A program made the translations under genes and the position numbers. Positions 1-6,768 of a DNA stretch of 32,000 bases are shown here, piece by piece; positions within the stretch are counted from its first letter, which is position 1; each line of letters begins with the position of its first letter. The stretch is from Candidatus Pacearchaeota archaeon. GTDB lineage: Archaea > Nanobdellota > Nanobdellia > Pacearchaeales > GW2011-AR1. The notes beneath the pieces were generated by a model. The model was given only the letters and a program-made list of their open reading frames with translations. It ran no database searches and had not been told where the DNA came from. The stretch is taken from assembly GCA_016866955.1 (NCBI GenBank), contig VGKT01000005.1, positions 1 to 32,000 on the forward strand, written 5' to 3'.

Positions 1-1
1 G

Positions 2-508
2 CAAGATCTCTTGCGTGGGGATCCAGTGGTTATCAACATCATTCGCTATGGGGATGTTTTAATCGATGTAGGGGGTTTTTTCAATCCTTTGAAAGCCTTA
101 CTTCAACAAGGAAAAATAAAATCAACTATTGAATCAGTGTATACAGCATTAAGTCGCGCCCCCACACATCTCGTGAGAAGTAAAGCATCAAAAATGGCTG
201 CAATTGAAGGGACCTATTGGTGTATGGTTGATGCAGCACAAGCGGCACTTATCACTGTGGGTAAACTCCCTCCCAGTCCAGAACATATTCCAATGATGCT
301 CAAAGAAACCTTTGTTGATCAAAATATGCTTAACATGAAAGCAGTAACGGCAATGCGTGATCTCTATACCTTACATAAAAGTATTGCAAATGCAGAAATA
401 ACGGAAATTGCAGGTAAAGATATTGATCAATGGCAAGAAACGGCAGATAAATTTCTTAGTGATATGACGGATATTATTGATAAAATTCTCGAACAAAATA
501 AAAAGTGA
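2..508 (+). CDS. 3' part of a gene running off the left edge; helical (HEPN-like) domain that follows a nucleotidyltransferase domain; paralog of part of the 602-aa protein at 3497-5305
   Basis: The reading frame stays open upstream of the TTG at 11 to the window edge. AIEGTYWCMVDAAQAALITVGKLPPSPEHIP...LYTLHK aligns by eye with AMVDIYYGVVTPTQAMMMLAGEAPPVPKTMV...LFKQYE of 3497-5305. Confidence 0.6.
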   Translation, partial: QDLLRGDPVVINIIRYGDVLIDVGGFFNPLKALLQQGKIKSTIESVYTALSRAPTHLVRSKASKMAAIEGTYWCMVDAAQAALITVGKLPPSPEHIPMMLKETFVDQNMLNMKAVTAMRDLYTLHKSIANAEITEIAGKDIDQWQETADKFLSDMTDIIDKILEQNKK

Positions 509-585
509 ATAACTTAAAGGCCAAGGATCACCAGTGCATCTAATGTATCAATAAATTACAAGAGCAATTCTAAAAAGTAAAAAAA

Positions 586-1473
586 TTAAGCAACTGTTCG
601 ATACAAGAGTTCTCGAGCCTTCAAGTGATCATCAGTCGAACCCGCAATCATTGGAGCAAGACCTTGTGTGACATACCCTGCAATAGTGTGTACACCCTTA
701 TCCGCTTTCTGGAATGAGTCATATGCTTCTTTCGCTTGCTGAGCAAGTTTAGTAAGGACTTCTTTCTGAGCAGCAATAAAAGGGGCGTTATCTCGAACTC
801 CATTAAGAACCGCCTTTTTCTTCAATTCATAAAGGGTTTGTAAATGATCGCTATGGTATCGGTGACCATTCTTACTACGTTCAGTAAGATAGTTCTGAGC
901 AATAACCGTTGCAGCACCTTCATCAAGATCAATTTTTGTATTTTTCTTAAATGCTTCTTTTTCTTCTTTAGTCAATTCGCCTTTCCCAGCAAGCCCTTCA
1001 AAATAGGCTTTCTGCTCTTGAAGGCCCACATAATTTTGGAACCATACAGCATAGTCATCTGAAACATTTCGTTCAAGAAGAGGAGCTGTATCTTTTCCTG
1101 TTGCAAGTGCAACAAGCGTCTGTTCTTTTCCTTCTTTCACAATAGACTCTAAAGTTCCCTGCTCAAAAAGCATATTAGAAGCATCTTGAGAACGTTCACT
1201 TTGATACGTTTTAGCATAGGCAGATGCTTCAGAAAACGGCATTGCTTGAGGAGTAGGGAATTGTTGCATAAATGCATTCTTTTCAGCCGGAGTTGTTTGC
1301 TGACCAAGTTGATAGGTATAACCTGCTTGGAGAATAGCACCTTTAGCACCATCATGTACTACAGCACGAGGGTCTTTACTTGCAGTGTTAAAAAGATCAT
1401 CGAGGCTCTTGACATCTTTGAGAGCTTGCACGAATTCCTTTTTCTTGCTTGGTTCTGGAGGTGTATTTGTCAT
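586..1473 (-). CDS. hypothetical protein (295 aa), no recognisable motif
   Basis: Long ORF. ATG at 1473 lies 21 nt downstream of a TATA box (1495-1502, minus sense TTTAAATA). Overlapping plus-strand ORFs look like shadow frames. Confidence 0.65.
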   Translation of the reverse strand: MTNTPPEPSKKKEFVQALKDVKSLDDLFNTASKDPRAVVHDGAKGAILQAGYTYQLGQQTTPAEKNAFMQQFPTPQAMPFSEASAYAKTYQSERSQDASNMLFEQGTLESIVKEGKEQTLVALATGKDTAPLLERNVSDDYAVWFQNYVGLQEQKAYFEGLAGKGELTKEEKEAFKKNTKIDLDEGAATVIAQNYLTERSKNGHRYHSDHLQTLYELKKKAVLNGVRDNAPFIAAQKEVLTKLAQQAKEAYDSFQKADKGVHTIAGYVTQGLAPMIAGSTDDHLKARELLYRTVA

Positions 1474-1494
1474 ATAATTTCTATAGTCTGCCCC

Positions 1495-1502
1495 TATTTA
1501 AA
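1495..1502 (-). promoter_or_regulatory. TATA box for 586-1473
   Basis: Minus-sense TTTAAATA, 21-nt spacer to ATG 1473. Confidence 0.55.
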
Positions 1503-1547
1503 CCTTTCTATATGTAGTATCTAATAAGTAGTAACATATTAGATAGA

Positions 1548-1555
1548 TTTAAATA
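1548..1555 (+). promoter_or_regulatory. TATA box for 1578-2405
   Basis: TTTAAATA, 22-nt spacer to ATG 1578. Confidence 0.55.
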
Positions 1556-1577
1556 ATACTCTCAAGAGAGAGAGAAA

Positions 1578-2405
1578 ATGAAACCTTCACTCTCCCCTCA
1601 GCAATATAAGGCAATGCAAGAAGCAATTAGTACAGGAGAAAAAATACAAAGGACCTATCCCACGCTCCCCTTGGAATGGAAAGAGGGACGTACTTTTCTC
1701 GAACTCATTGAACAGTATCAATTAACTGGCGTGTATAAGAAAAGCGCGGCATTTCTCCAAAGAGCGTTGACGTATACTGTGCGAGGAAATCAAGACGCTG
1801 CGGGAGGCATCTGTTATCCTGGCGTGTACGCTCCAGAAGTATGTGATGAAATTGCACGACAGCACATGAGCGAACGAGGAACGAGGTGCTATATAACGAA
1901 AACCGGAATCTTCGGATTGGGAGAAACACAACAAAGAGCAATAAGAAAAAAAGGAGGCACACAGTCCTACAACCAAAGAAAAGGGATTCATAACTTAACA
2001 TCTGAAGAAAAAAGGGTCTTTGCAACGCAACGAGGATATGCTGCACTAAGAGATAAATCTGGTCTTTTTGGCCATTCAAAAAGAGAACGAGCAGCATGGA
2101 GAAAGAAAGGACTCGCAGCGATACAAAATCGTTCCCCTAGGGAAAGACAGATAGCAGCAAGGAAGGGAATAGAAACACGAGGTCAGAAAGTCTGGAGCGA
2201 TGCTGAAAAAGCCTACGTCACAGCACAAGCAGCAAAACCAAAGTATCAAATGGGTTCACGGGTAAATATAACCAGACTAGCTGAAGCAGTTAATAACAAA
2301 TTCTATGCAGGAAAACCAATAAGAACAGCGTTCGCTATTGGGCGAGCATTAGCGAAACAGCGAGAAAATTCACGATTAGAAAAACTTGCTGTGCACGAAG
2401 AATAA
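1578..2405 (+). CDS. hypothetical basic protein with tandem short G-hydrophobic...E-[KR]...KG repeats (NUMOD3-like look; possibly nucleic-acid binding)
   Basis: 275-aa ORF with a canonical TATA spacing. Internal repeats: GIFGLGETQQRAIRKKG / GIHNLTSEEKRVFATQRG / GLFGHSKRERAAWRKKG / SPRERQIAARKG. Confidence 0.6.
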   Translation: MKPSLSPQQYKAMQEAISTGEKIQRTYPTLPLEWKEGRTFLELIEQYQLTGVYKKSAAFLQRALTYTVRGNQDAAGGICYPGVYAPEVCDEIARQHMSERGTRCYITKTGIFGLGETQQRAIRKKGGTQSYNQRKGIHNLTSEEKRVFATQRGYAALRDKSGLFGHSKRERAAWRKKGLAAIQNRSPRERQIAARKGIETRGQKVWSDAEKAYVTAQAAKPKYQMGSRVNITRLAEAVNNKFYAGKPIRTAFAIGRALAKQRENSRLEKLAVHEE

Positions 2406-2436
2406 CATGCTACATAAAAAAGAGTACTCTGTACCC

Positions 2437-2973
2437 TTAACCTAACTTTTGAAATACAACTCTCGTCTTACCAGGCAATTTAGCACGTACTTGTCCCAAA
2501 GCATCACGAGCAACACGAGCAAGATCTTCGGTGGTAGTTGTAATCAAGAATAACACTTTTCCTGCAGCAACACGAGCAACACGTCCAATAATGATACCAT
2601 AGGATTGAGTCATACCTGTACTAATACGGTCTGCTCCTGCACCTGCTGCAGTCTTATTTTCACGTAAAAAGTGATGAGGGAAAATCTTTACTGCCATATA
2701 ATAATTGCCAGTTGCTTTTTCATCCATTGTTTTAGTTAATGCTTGACGAGCAGATTCAATAGCAGTGTCACGAATTTGAACTGCTTGTTCAGCAAACAAA
2801 GCAACTCCATAATGATGATTACCTAAGCGATGTTCTTTATAATTCCCTAAATGGAATTTAACGACTTTATGTGTCGGTACAGTCTTAATATAGGCCTTTC
2901 CTTTCTTACGAGAAATACGCGTATACGGGCGAGATTTCATCTTAGAATATGCTGAAGCCTTACGTATAGCCAT
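2437..2973 (-). CDS. rpl10e: 50S ribosomal protein L10e (uL16)
   Basis: MAIRKASAYS..RPYTR...FAEQAVQIRDTAIESAR...FLRENKTAAGAGADRISTGM matches archaeal L10e hallmarks. Its ATG (2973-2971) overlaps the TAA of the upstream L35Ae gene by 1 nt (TAATG). Confidence 0.93.
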   Translation of the reverse strand: MAIRKASAYSKMKSRPYTRISRKKGKAYIKTVPTHKVVKFHLGNYKEHRLGNHHYGVALFAEQAVQIRDTAIESARQALTKTMDEKATGNYYMAVKIFPHHFLRENKTAAGAGADRISTGMTQSYGIIIGRVARVAAGKVLFLITTTTEDLARVARDALGQVRAKLPGKTRVVFQKLG

Positions 2974-3227
2974 TATGCACCTTCAACAGGGGTAGCCATT
3001 GCTTGACCTGGTAATCCTGATTCAAAAATAGCACGTACTAACCCTTTATTTCCATGTGCATCACTTACTTTTCCTTGAATAACTTTTCCAGCACTCGATT
3101 TCCAAGCAACCTTTGCGCCAACAGCTTTTTTTGCTTCAGCACGATTTTGGAAACCTAAGTCTAAGAGATAATGTTTTTCCTTAATGCGATGTCTACTTCT
3201 ACGGAATTGAACCACAATGCCTTTCAT
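2973..3227 (-). CDS. rpl35ae: 50S ribosomal protein L35Ae (eL33)
   Basis: MKGIVVQFRRSRH...VAWKSSAGKVIQGKVSDAHGNKGLVRAIFESGLPGQA matches the archaeal L35Ae pattern (..LWKSPSGK...G.V...HG.KG.VRA.F..GLPGQA). Start placed at ATG 3227, 21 nt from TATA 3249-3256, rather than the TTG at 3242 used by the ORF track. Confidence 0.9.
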   Translation of the reverse strand: MKGIVVQFRRSRHRIKEKHYLLDLGFQNRAEAKKAVGAKVAWKSSAGKVIQGKVSDAHGNKGLVRAIFESGLPGQAMATPVEGA

Positions 3228-3248
3228 ATTCCGCATCAGCAAAACCCC

Positions 3249-3256
3249 TTTTTAAA
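3249..3256 (-). promoter_or_regulatory. TATA box for the rpl35ae-rpl10e operon
   Basis: Minus-sense TTTAAAAA, 21-nt spacer to ATG 3227. Confidence 0.55.
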
Positions 3257-3261
3257 CCTTA

Positions 3262-3388
3262 CAGCGCTTACCTGATGAGCAACTCTATCCCCTTTTATAG
3301 CGGCCCCGAATTGATAAGCGCTATACGCACAATACTGTCCTTGCTCACGATGAGTAAGGTCAGCGGGAGCGGTTCTTGGTATGCGTAA
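3262..3388 (+). rRNA. candidate divergent 5S rRNA-like structured RNA
   Basis: A non-coding gap of about 250 nt contains, in 5S order: CCCCGAA (loop C-like), GATAAGC, AATACTG (loop E-like AGUACUG), a 13-position hairpin CTGTCCTTGCTCA-CGA-TGAGTAAGGTCAG, then GCGGGAGCG (GGGAA-like). A terminal helix GCGCTTACC (3264-3272) / GGTATGCGT (3378-3386) has one mismatch. TATAGCG/CGCTATA forms a helix II-like stem. Caveats: there is no helix III, there are 23 extra nt after helix I, and there is no TATA box at the expected distance. Confidence 0.35.
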
Positions 3389-3496
3389 TATAAATTAAAC
3401 ACCACACCAATGCAACCATTCAACTCCCTACACTAAATGATGCGCCTGTTTCTGCACATATTAAGAAGCGAACAGTTCTATAAAAAGAAAGCAGTA

Positions 3497-5305
3497 TTAG
3501 AGTTCTAATTCGAAACTGCCCAATGCTTTTTGCAAGGTTGCAAACAAACTACCAGAAATCTTAGTGCTCAATTTTCCTTTATTATCGGCCAATGCTTTTT
3601 CAAATGCTTCTTTGGTACTTCCCACTATTTTTTCCCCTTTAATTTCTTGAATATTTTGTCCTTCAATAATAAAGTTTTGATTACCTAAAAGTACCAATTC
3701 GGCCTTACGTCCTTGATATGCAATCTGCATCATGCCTTTTTCAGCACTCACCAAGTCAGCGCGCTGAGCATATTCAGTAAGTGCGGCAATAAGTTCATAT
3801 GCATCTTTCTTAAGCGTGTCAGCTTCTTTAGCGCTCAATTTACCTGCCAGAATTTTACGCCGAGCTTTAACCAATTCAGGCAACACCTTTCCAAATCTAT
3901 TAGAAACTTTTCCTTTCTTAACCATCTGAACAGAAAATGCGCTCACGAGTTGTGCAGGAGATTTTTTCCCAAAGAATGTTTCAAGCAACTTGAACACTTG
4001 TTGATAGAGCTCTTCAGCACTTTTTTCCTGAGAACGTTGTTCCAATTGATTGCGGATTTTTTTCAAACGAACATTATACGCAAGACATTCTTTCAAAAAG
4101 AGATCAACTTCTGTTCCTGAAAATTCTTTCAATTTACCATATTCATATTGTTTAAACAAATGCACTGCTTTACCAACTAATTTCAAATCCTGAGCACTCA
4201 TGACCTTCTCACGTTCTACCAAAACATGCTTAACTTCCTCAACCATTGTTTTCGGAACAGGGGGAGCTTCTCCCGCTAACATCATCATTGCTTGGGTTGG
4301 CGTTACAACCCCATAATAAATATCAACCATCGCATCCAATAATCGTCGCTTAATGAATTCTTTCGTCTGATCTCCTTGTTTTACATACATATCAATTGCT
4401 TCAGGACTCGGTTTAATTCTACCCATCTTAAGCAACAATTTCCAAGGAATAAACGTTCCACGATCATATAACGGAATTCCATCCCGAATAAACGTAAAAG
4501 CAACAGGTTCGGCATCCTTCACACGTTGCCAGAAATCAGTCAATAACCAAACTTGCACATTTAACGGGTTCTTAACTCCTGCCAGAGCAGTTGCTTCCTT
4601 AATGTAATCATGAATAATTCCTCGTAAACGTTCCAATAATTCAACACGATTCATACGTTTCACGTCAGTATCATCAATTACCACGAAACAATCAATATCT
4701 GAATCCTTGCCCGCCGTTCCTCGCACTAAACTTCCTCCAATCACATAACTTGCAATGTACTTGTCAAATTTACGCATAACCATCGTTTTATGAATACTAG
4801 CTAAACGCAACGCGCCTAAGAAACCGTTATCGGAAATCGGAAATCCTTGTGCAACTGCATCAAGCAAATCAAACTTGCTGTCCAACCCATAATTGAATAT
4901 ATCTACAGGTGTTTTGATATGCACCCAGATATGCTCTTTCGTCTGTTTTGCAAGAGCAATAATCTCCGGTTTTATTTTGGGAATATGTTTGAAATCTTCT
5001 TCGGGTATTAACATCATAACATGAAGCGGTTTACTTTCCACCACTTCTTTCGGCAATAATTCATCTTCTTCAATAAGTAGAGATGCCTGAGGAGGTAACA
5101 AGACAAGTGCAAGAGTGGATTTATATTTTTTTAAAACTTCTTTCTTAAAGACTTCTAATTTTCCTTTTAATGCTTCCAAATTAAGGCTTGGTGCAGGTGC
5201 CCCTCCCGAAGCATTCGGTAGACCAGGGACATTCGGCGCAAGCGGAGAAGCGGGCACATAAGAAGGAGTTCCCGGTTTCATTTTTCCCGATAATGACCCA
5301 GCCAT
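3497..5305 (-). CDS. Pol-beta superfamily nucleotidyltransferase domain protein with long helical C-terminal extension (602 aa)
   Basis: NTase signature GGSLVRGTAGKDSDIDCFVVIDD (G-S/G...D-x-D). Pro/Gly-rich N-terminus. The downstream helical region is paralogous to ORF 2-508. ATG 5305 lies 21 nt from TATA 5327-5334. Confidence 0.8.
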   Translation of the reverse strand: MAGSLSGKMKPGTPSYVPASPLAPNVPGLPNASGGAPAPSLNLEALKGKLEVFKKEVLKKYKSTLALVLLPPQASLLIEEDELLPKEVVESKPLHVMMLIPEEDFKHIPKIKPEIIALAKQTKEHIWVHIKTPVDIFNYGLDSKFDLLDAVAQGFPISDNGFLGALRLASIHKTMVMRKFDKYIASYVIGGSLVRGTAGKDSDIDCFVVIDDTDVKRMNRVELLERLRGIIHDYIKEATALAGVKNPLNVQVWLLTDFWQRVKDAEPVAFTFIRDGIPLYDRGTFIPWKLLLKMGRIKPSPEAIDMYVKQGDQTKEFIKRRLLDAMVDIYYGVVTPTQAMMMLAGEAPPVPKTMVEEVKHVLVEREKVMSAQDLKLVGKAVHLFKQYEYGKLKEFSGTEVDLFLKECLAYNVRLKKIRNQLEQRSQEKSAEELYQQVFKLLETFFGKKSPAQLVSAFSVQMVKKGKVSNRFGKVLPELVKARRKILAGKLSAKEADTLKKDAYELIAALTEYAQRADLVSAEKGMMQIAYQGRKAELVLLGNQNFIIEGQNIQEIKGEKIVGSTKEAFEKALADNKGKLSTKISGSLFATLQKALGSFELEL

Positions 5306-5326
5306 ACTTTAGGATACGTAAAATGC

Positions 5327-5334
5327 TATATAAA
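5327..5334 (-). promoter_or_regulatory. TATA box for 3497-5305
   Basis: Minus-sense TTTATATA, 21-nt spacer. Confidence 0.55.
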
Positions 5335-5507
5335 GGTATTTATGAGAAGAGAACAAAAGAAAGTTTTAGAAGGAAAACGCAAGCTCTCATGAGGTGAGAA
5401 ACAGAGAAAATGCCCCTCTAGTAAAGGCAGATTTTCGTGTATTTGGAGCAATTGGCTTTCAAGATCTCTGGCTTATCTATCTCGAATAGAAACATAAAAT
5501 CAGTGAT

Positions 5508-5515
5508 TTTATATA
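5508..5515 (+). promoter_or_regulatory. TATA box for 5537-6046
   Basis: TTTATATA, 21-nt spacer to ATG 5537. Confidence 0.55.
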
Positions 5516-5536
5516 ATCTCTTTTCCTCGGAAATAC

Positions 5537-6046
5537 ATGGAAAAGGAGGATCAGAAAATAAAGCATGATTTTGCCCGGTTTGCATTCAGCACGCTCTCCG
5601 ACCAAATCAAACAAGCAGATACCAAAGCATTTGGAGTGTTAAGCATCGTAGGCGTATTAACTGCAGGATTACTTGCACGCCTCAATGCGATTAAATCTGC
5701 TGTTGGCTTAAACTCAACATGGATTATCCTCTTCATTATTTCTGCTGTACTTATCATCTTCACCCTCAAAGCAGTGATTCGTGTCATCTTTCCGCGGCTC
5801 GCAAATAATCCGCTGCACGAACGAAGCATCCTGTACTTTAGAGATATCGTCGCGCAACCAAAACAACACTATGTCAACCTCGCCAGTAGGTATACAAACG
5901 AAAAGCTACTCGAAGGGCTGTATATAGACGTGTACAATCTTTCCATCATCGCAGATGCAAAATTTGCTTCGTTACGTAAAGCACTCATCCTCACGGTTCT
6001 TACCTTCGCCTGGACAATCACTATTATTCTCCTTTCCTATAGGTAA
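5537..6046 (+). CDS. small 3-TM membrane protein resembling the DUF5706 / Pycsar-effector (PycTM-type) or SLATT-like membrane effector domain
   Basis: N-terminal motif LSDQIKQADTKAFGVLSIVGVLTAGLL (the ADTKA-then-TM pattern I associate with DUF5706). Second TM WIILFIISAVLIIFTLKAVI, soluble stretch, C-terminal TM ALILTVLTFAWTITIILLSY. At 169 aa it is domain-sized. Confidence 0.45.
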   Translation: MEKEDQKIKHDFARFAFSTLSDQIKQADTKAFGVLSIVGVLTAGLLARLNAIKSAVGLNSTWIILFIISAVLIIFTLKAVIRVIFPRLANNPLHERSILYFRDIVAQPKQHYVNLASRYTNEKLLEGLYIDVYNLSIIADAKFASLRKALILTVLTFAWTITIILLSYR

Positions 6047-6059
6047 CAGCAAGGTATTC

Positions 6060-6067
6060 TTTATATA
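6060..6067 (+). promoter_or_regulatory. TATA box for the VIT-family gene
   Basis: TTTATATA, 21-nt spacer to ATG 6089. Confidence 0.55.
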
Positions 6068-6088
6068 ATCCCCCTCGTTACAAGTAGC

Positions 6089-6616
6089 ATGTCCTTCAAG
6101 CATTATCTTCTCGAATATGTATATGGGGGGATTGATGGGGCAATTACCACGTTCGCAGTCATAGCAGGTGCACAAGGAGCCCAGTTATCCACAGCTATTA
6201 TCATTATATTAGGATGTGCAAATCTGATTGCAGATGGATTTTCAATGGCTACAGCAAGTTATCTTGCCACCAAATCTCAAACAGAATTACATAGACATCA
6301 TCGAGATTGGAAGGAATATCAAAAACAAGGAAAACACCCCCTAAAAACAGGACTTGCAACATTTTGTGCATTTGTGGGGGTGGGCAGTATTCCTTTACTT
6401 TCATTTCTTCTCACTTTTGTTATCCCTTATTCTAAAACAACCCAATTTACTTCTGCATTTATCTTAACAGGTGTTGCACTTTTCTGCATAGGATTTGTAA
6501 AGGGAATAATTGTCAAAAAGCACCCTTTACGCGCTGCAGGAGAAACGCTTCTTATCGGAGGTATTGCAGCTGGACTCGCATATGGAATCGGGGCATATAT
6601 GCAAACGATCGTCTGA
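6089..6616 (+). CDS. VIT1/CCC1-family iron/manganese transporter
   Basis: YGGIDGAITTFAVIAGAQGA N-terminal signature, ANLIADGFSMA, and multiple TM helices typical of the VIT family. Confidence 0.8.
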   Translation: MSFKHYLLEYVYGGIDGAITTFAVIAGAQGAQLSTAIIIILGCANLIADGFSMATASYLATKSQTELHRHHRDWKEYQKQGKHPLKTGLATFCAFVGVGSIPLLSFLLTFVIPYSKTTQFTSAFILTGVALFCIGFVKGIIVKKHPLRAAGETLLIGGIAAGLAYGIGAYMQTIV

Positions 6617-6737
6617 TCTAGAGGAAACAGACCCGAACCTTCTCTGTGAGGCTTGCGGTCATGAACTTGAACCCCTCAAATGTAAGCTCATGTGTAAAAA
6701 ATGTGGCTATTTTCGAAGCTGTTCAGATCTTTTCTAA
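6582..6737 (+). CDS. candidate small Cys4 zinc-ribbon protein (51 aa) overlapping the 3' end of the VIT gene
   Basis: CEACGHELEPLKCKLMCKKCGYFRSCSDLF (CxxC...CxxC). The ORF fills the gap between the VIT stop (6616) and the desaturase TATA (6740). The only in-frame ATG is at 6582, 35 nt inside the VIT gene and in the +1 frame relative to it. Confidence 0.35.
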   Translation: MESGHICKRSSDLEETDPNLLCEACGHELEPLKCKLMCKKCGYFRSCSDLF

Positions 6738-6739
6738 CA

Positions 6740-6747
6740 TTTATATA
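6740..6747 (+). promoter_or_regulatory. TATA box for the desaturase gene
   Basis: TTTATATA, 21-nt spacer to ATG 6769. Confidence 0.55.
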
Positions 6748-6768
6748 CTCTCCAATGTTCTATCTAAA

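Noticed and set aside
844-2097. Shadow ORFs 844-1062 (+), 1149-1355 (-), 1186-1524 (+), 1705-2097 (-) and 1722-1991 (-).
   Set aside because: They overlap the longer ORFs 586-1473 and 1578-2405. They have low-complexity Leu/Phe/Cys-rich translations and no promoter context.
3713-4120. 135-aa plus-strand ORF inside the NTase gene. Similar antisense ORFs occur at 5551-5829, 8646-8831, 8928-9182, 10427-10630, 10916-11098, 12800-13003, 13689-14499, 15641-15904, 16210-16706, 17011-17241, 18510-18692, 18882-19097, 19350-19535, 20138-20389, 21952-22380, 22913-23119, 23387-24438, 24682-24891, 25478-25783, 26645-26827, 27686-27886, 29001-29195, 30428-30628 and 31087-31305.
   Set aside because: All are nested in or antisense to longer ORFs that have recognisable motifs and/or canonical promoter spacing.
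6646-6768. N-terminal extension of the desaturase ORF (GTG at 6646).
   Set aside because: It would overlap the zinc-ribbon ORF and read through the TATA box at 6740-6747. ATG 6769 has the modal 21-nt spacing, and the protein from there starts just before the first TM helix.
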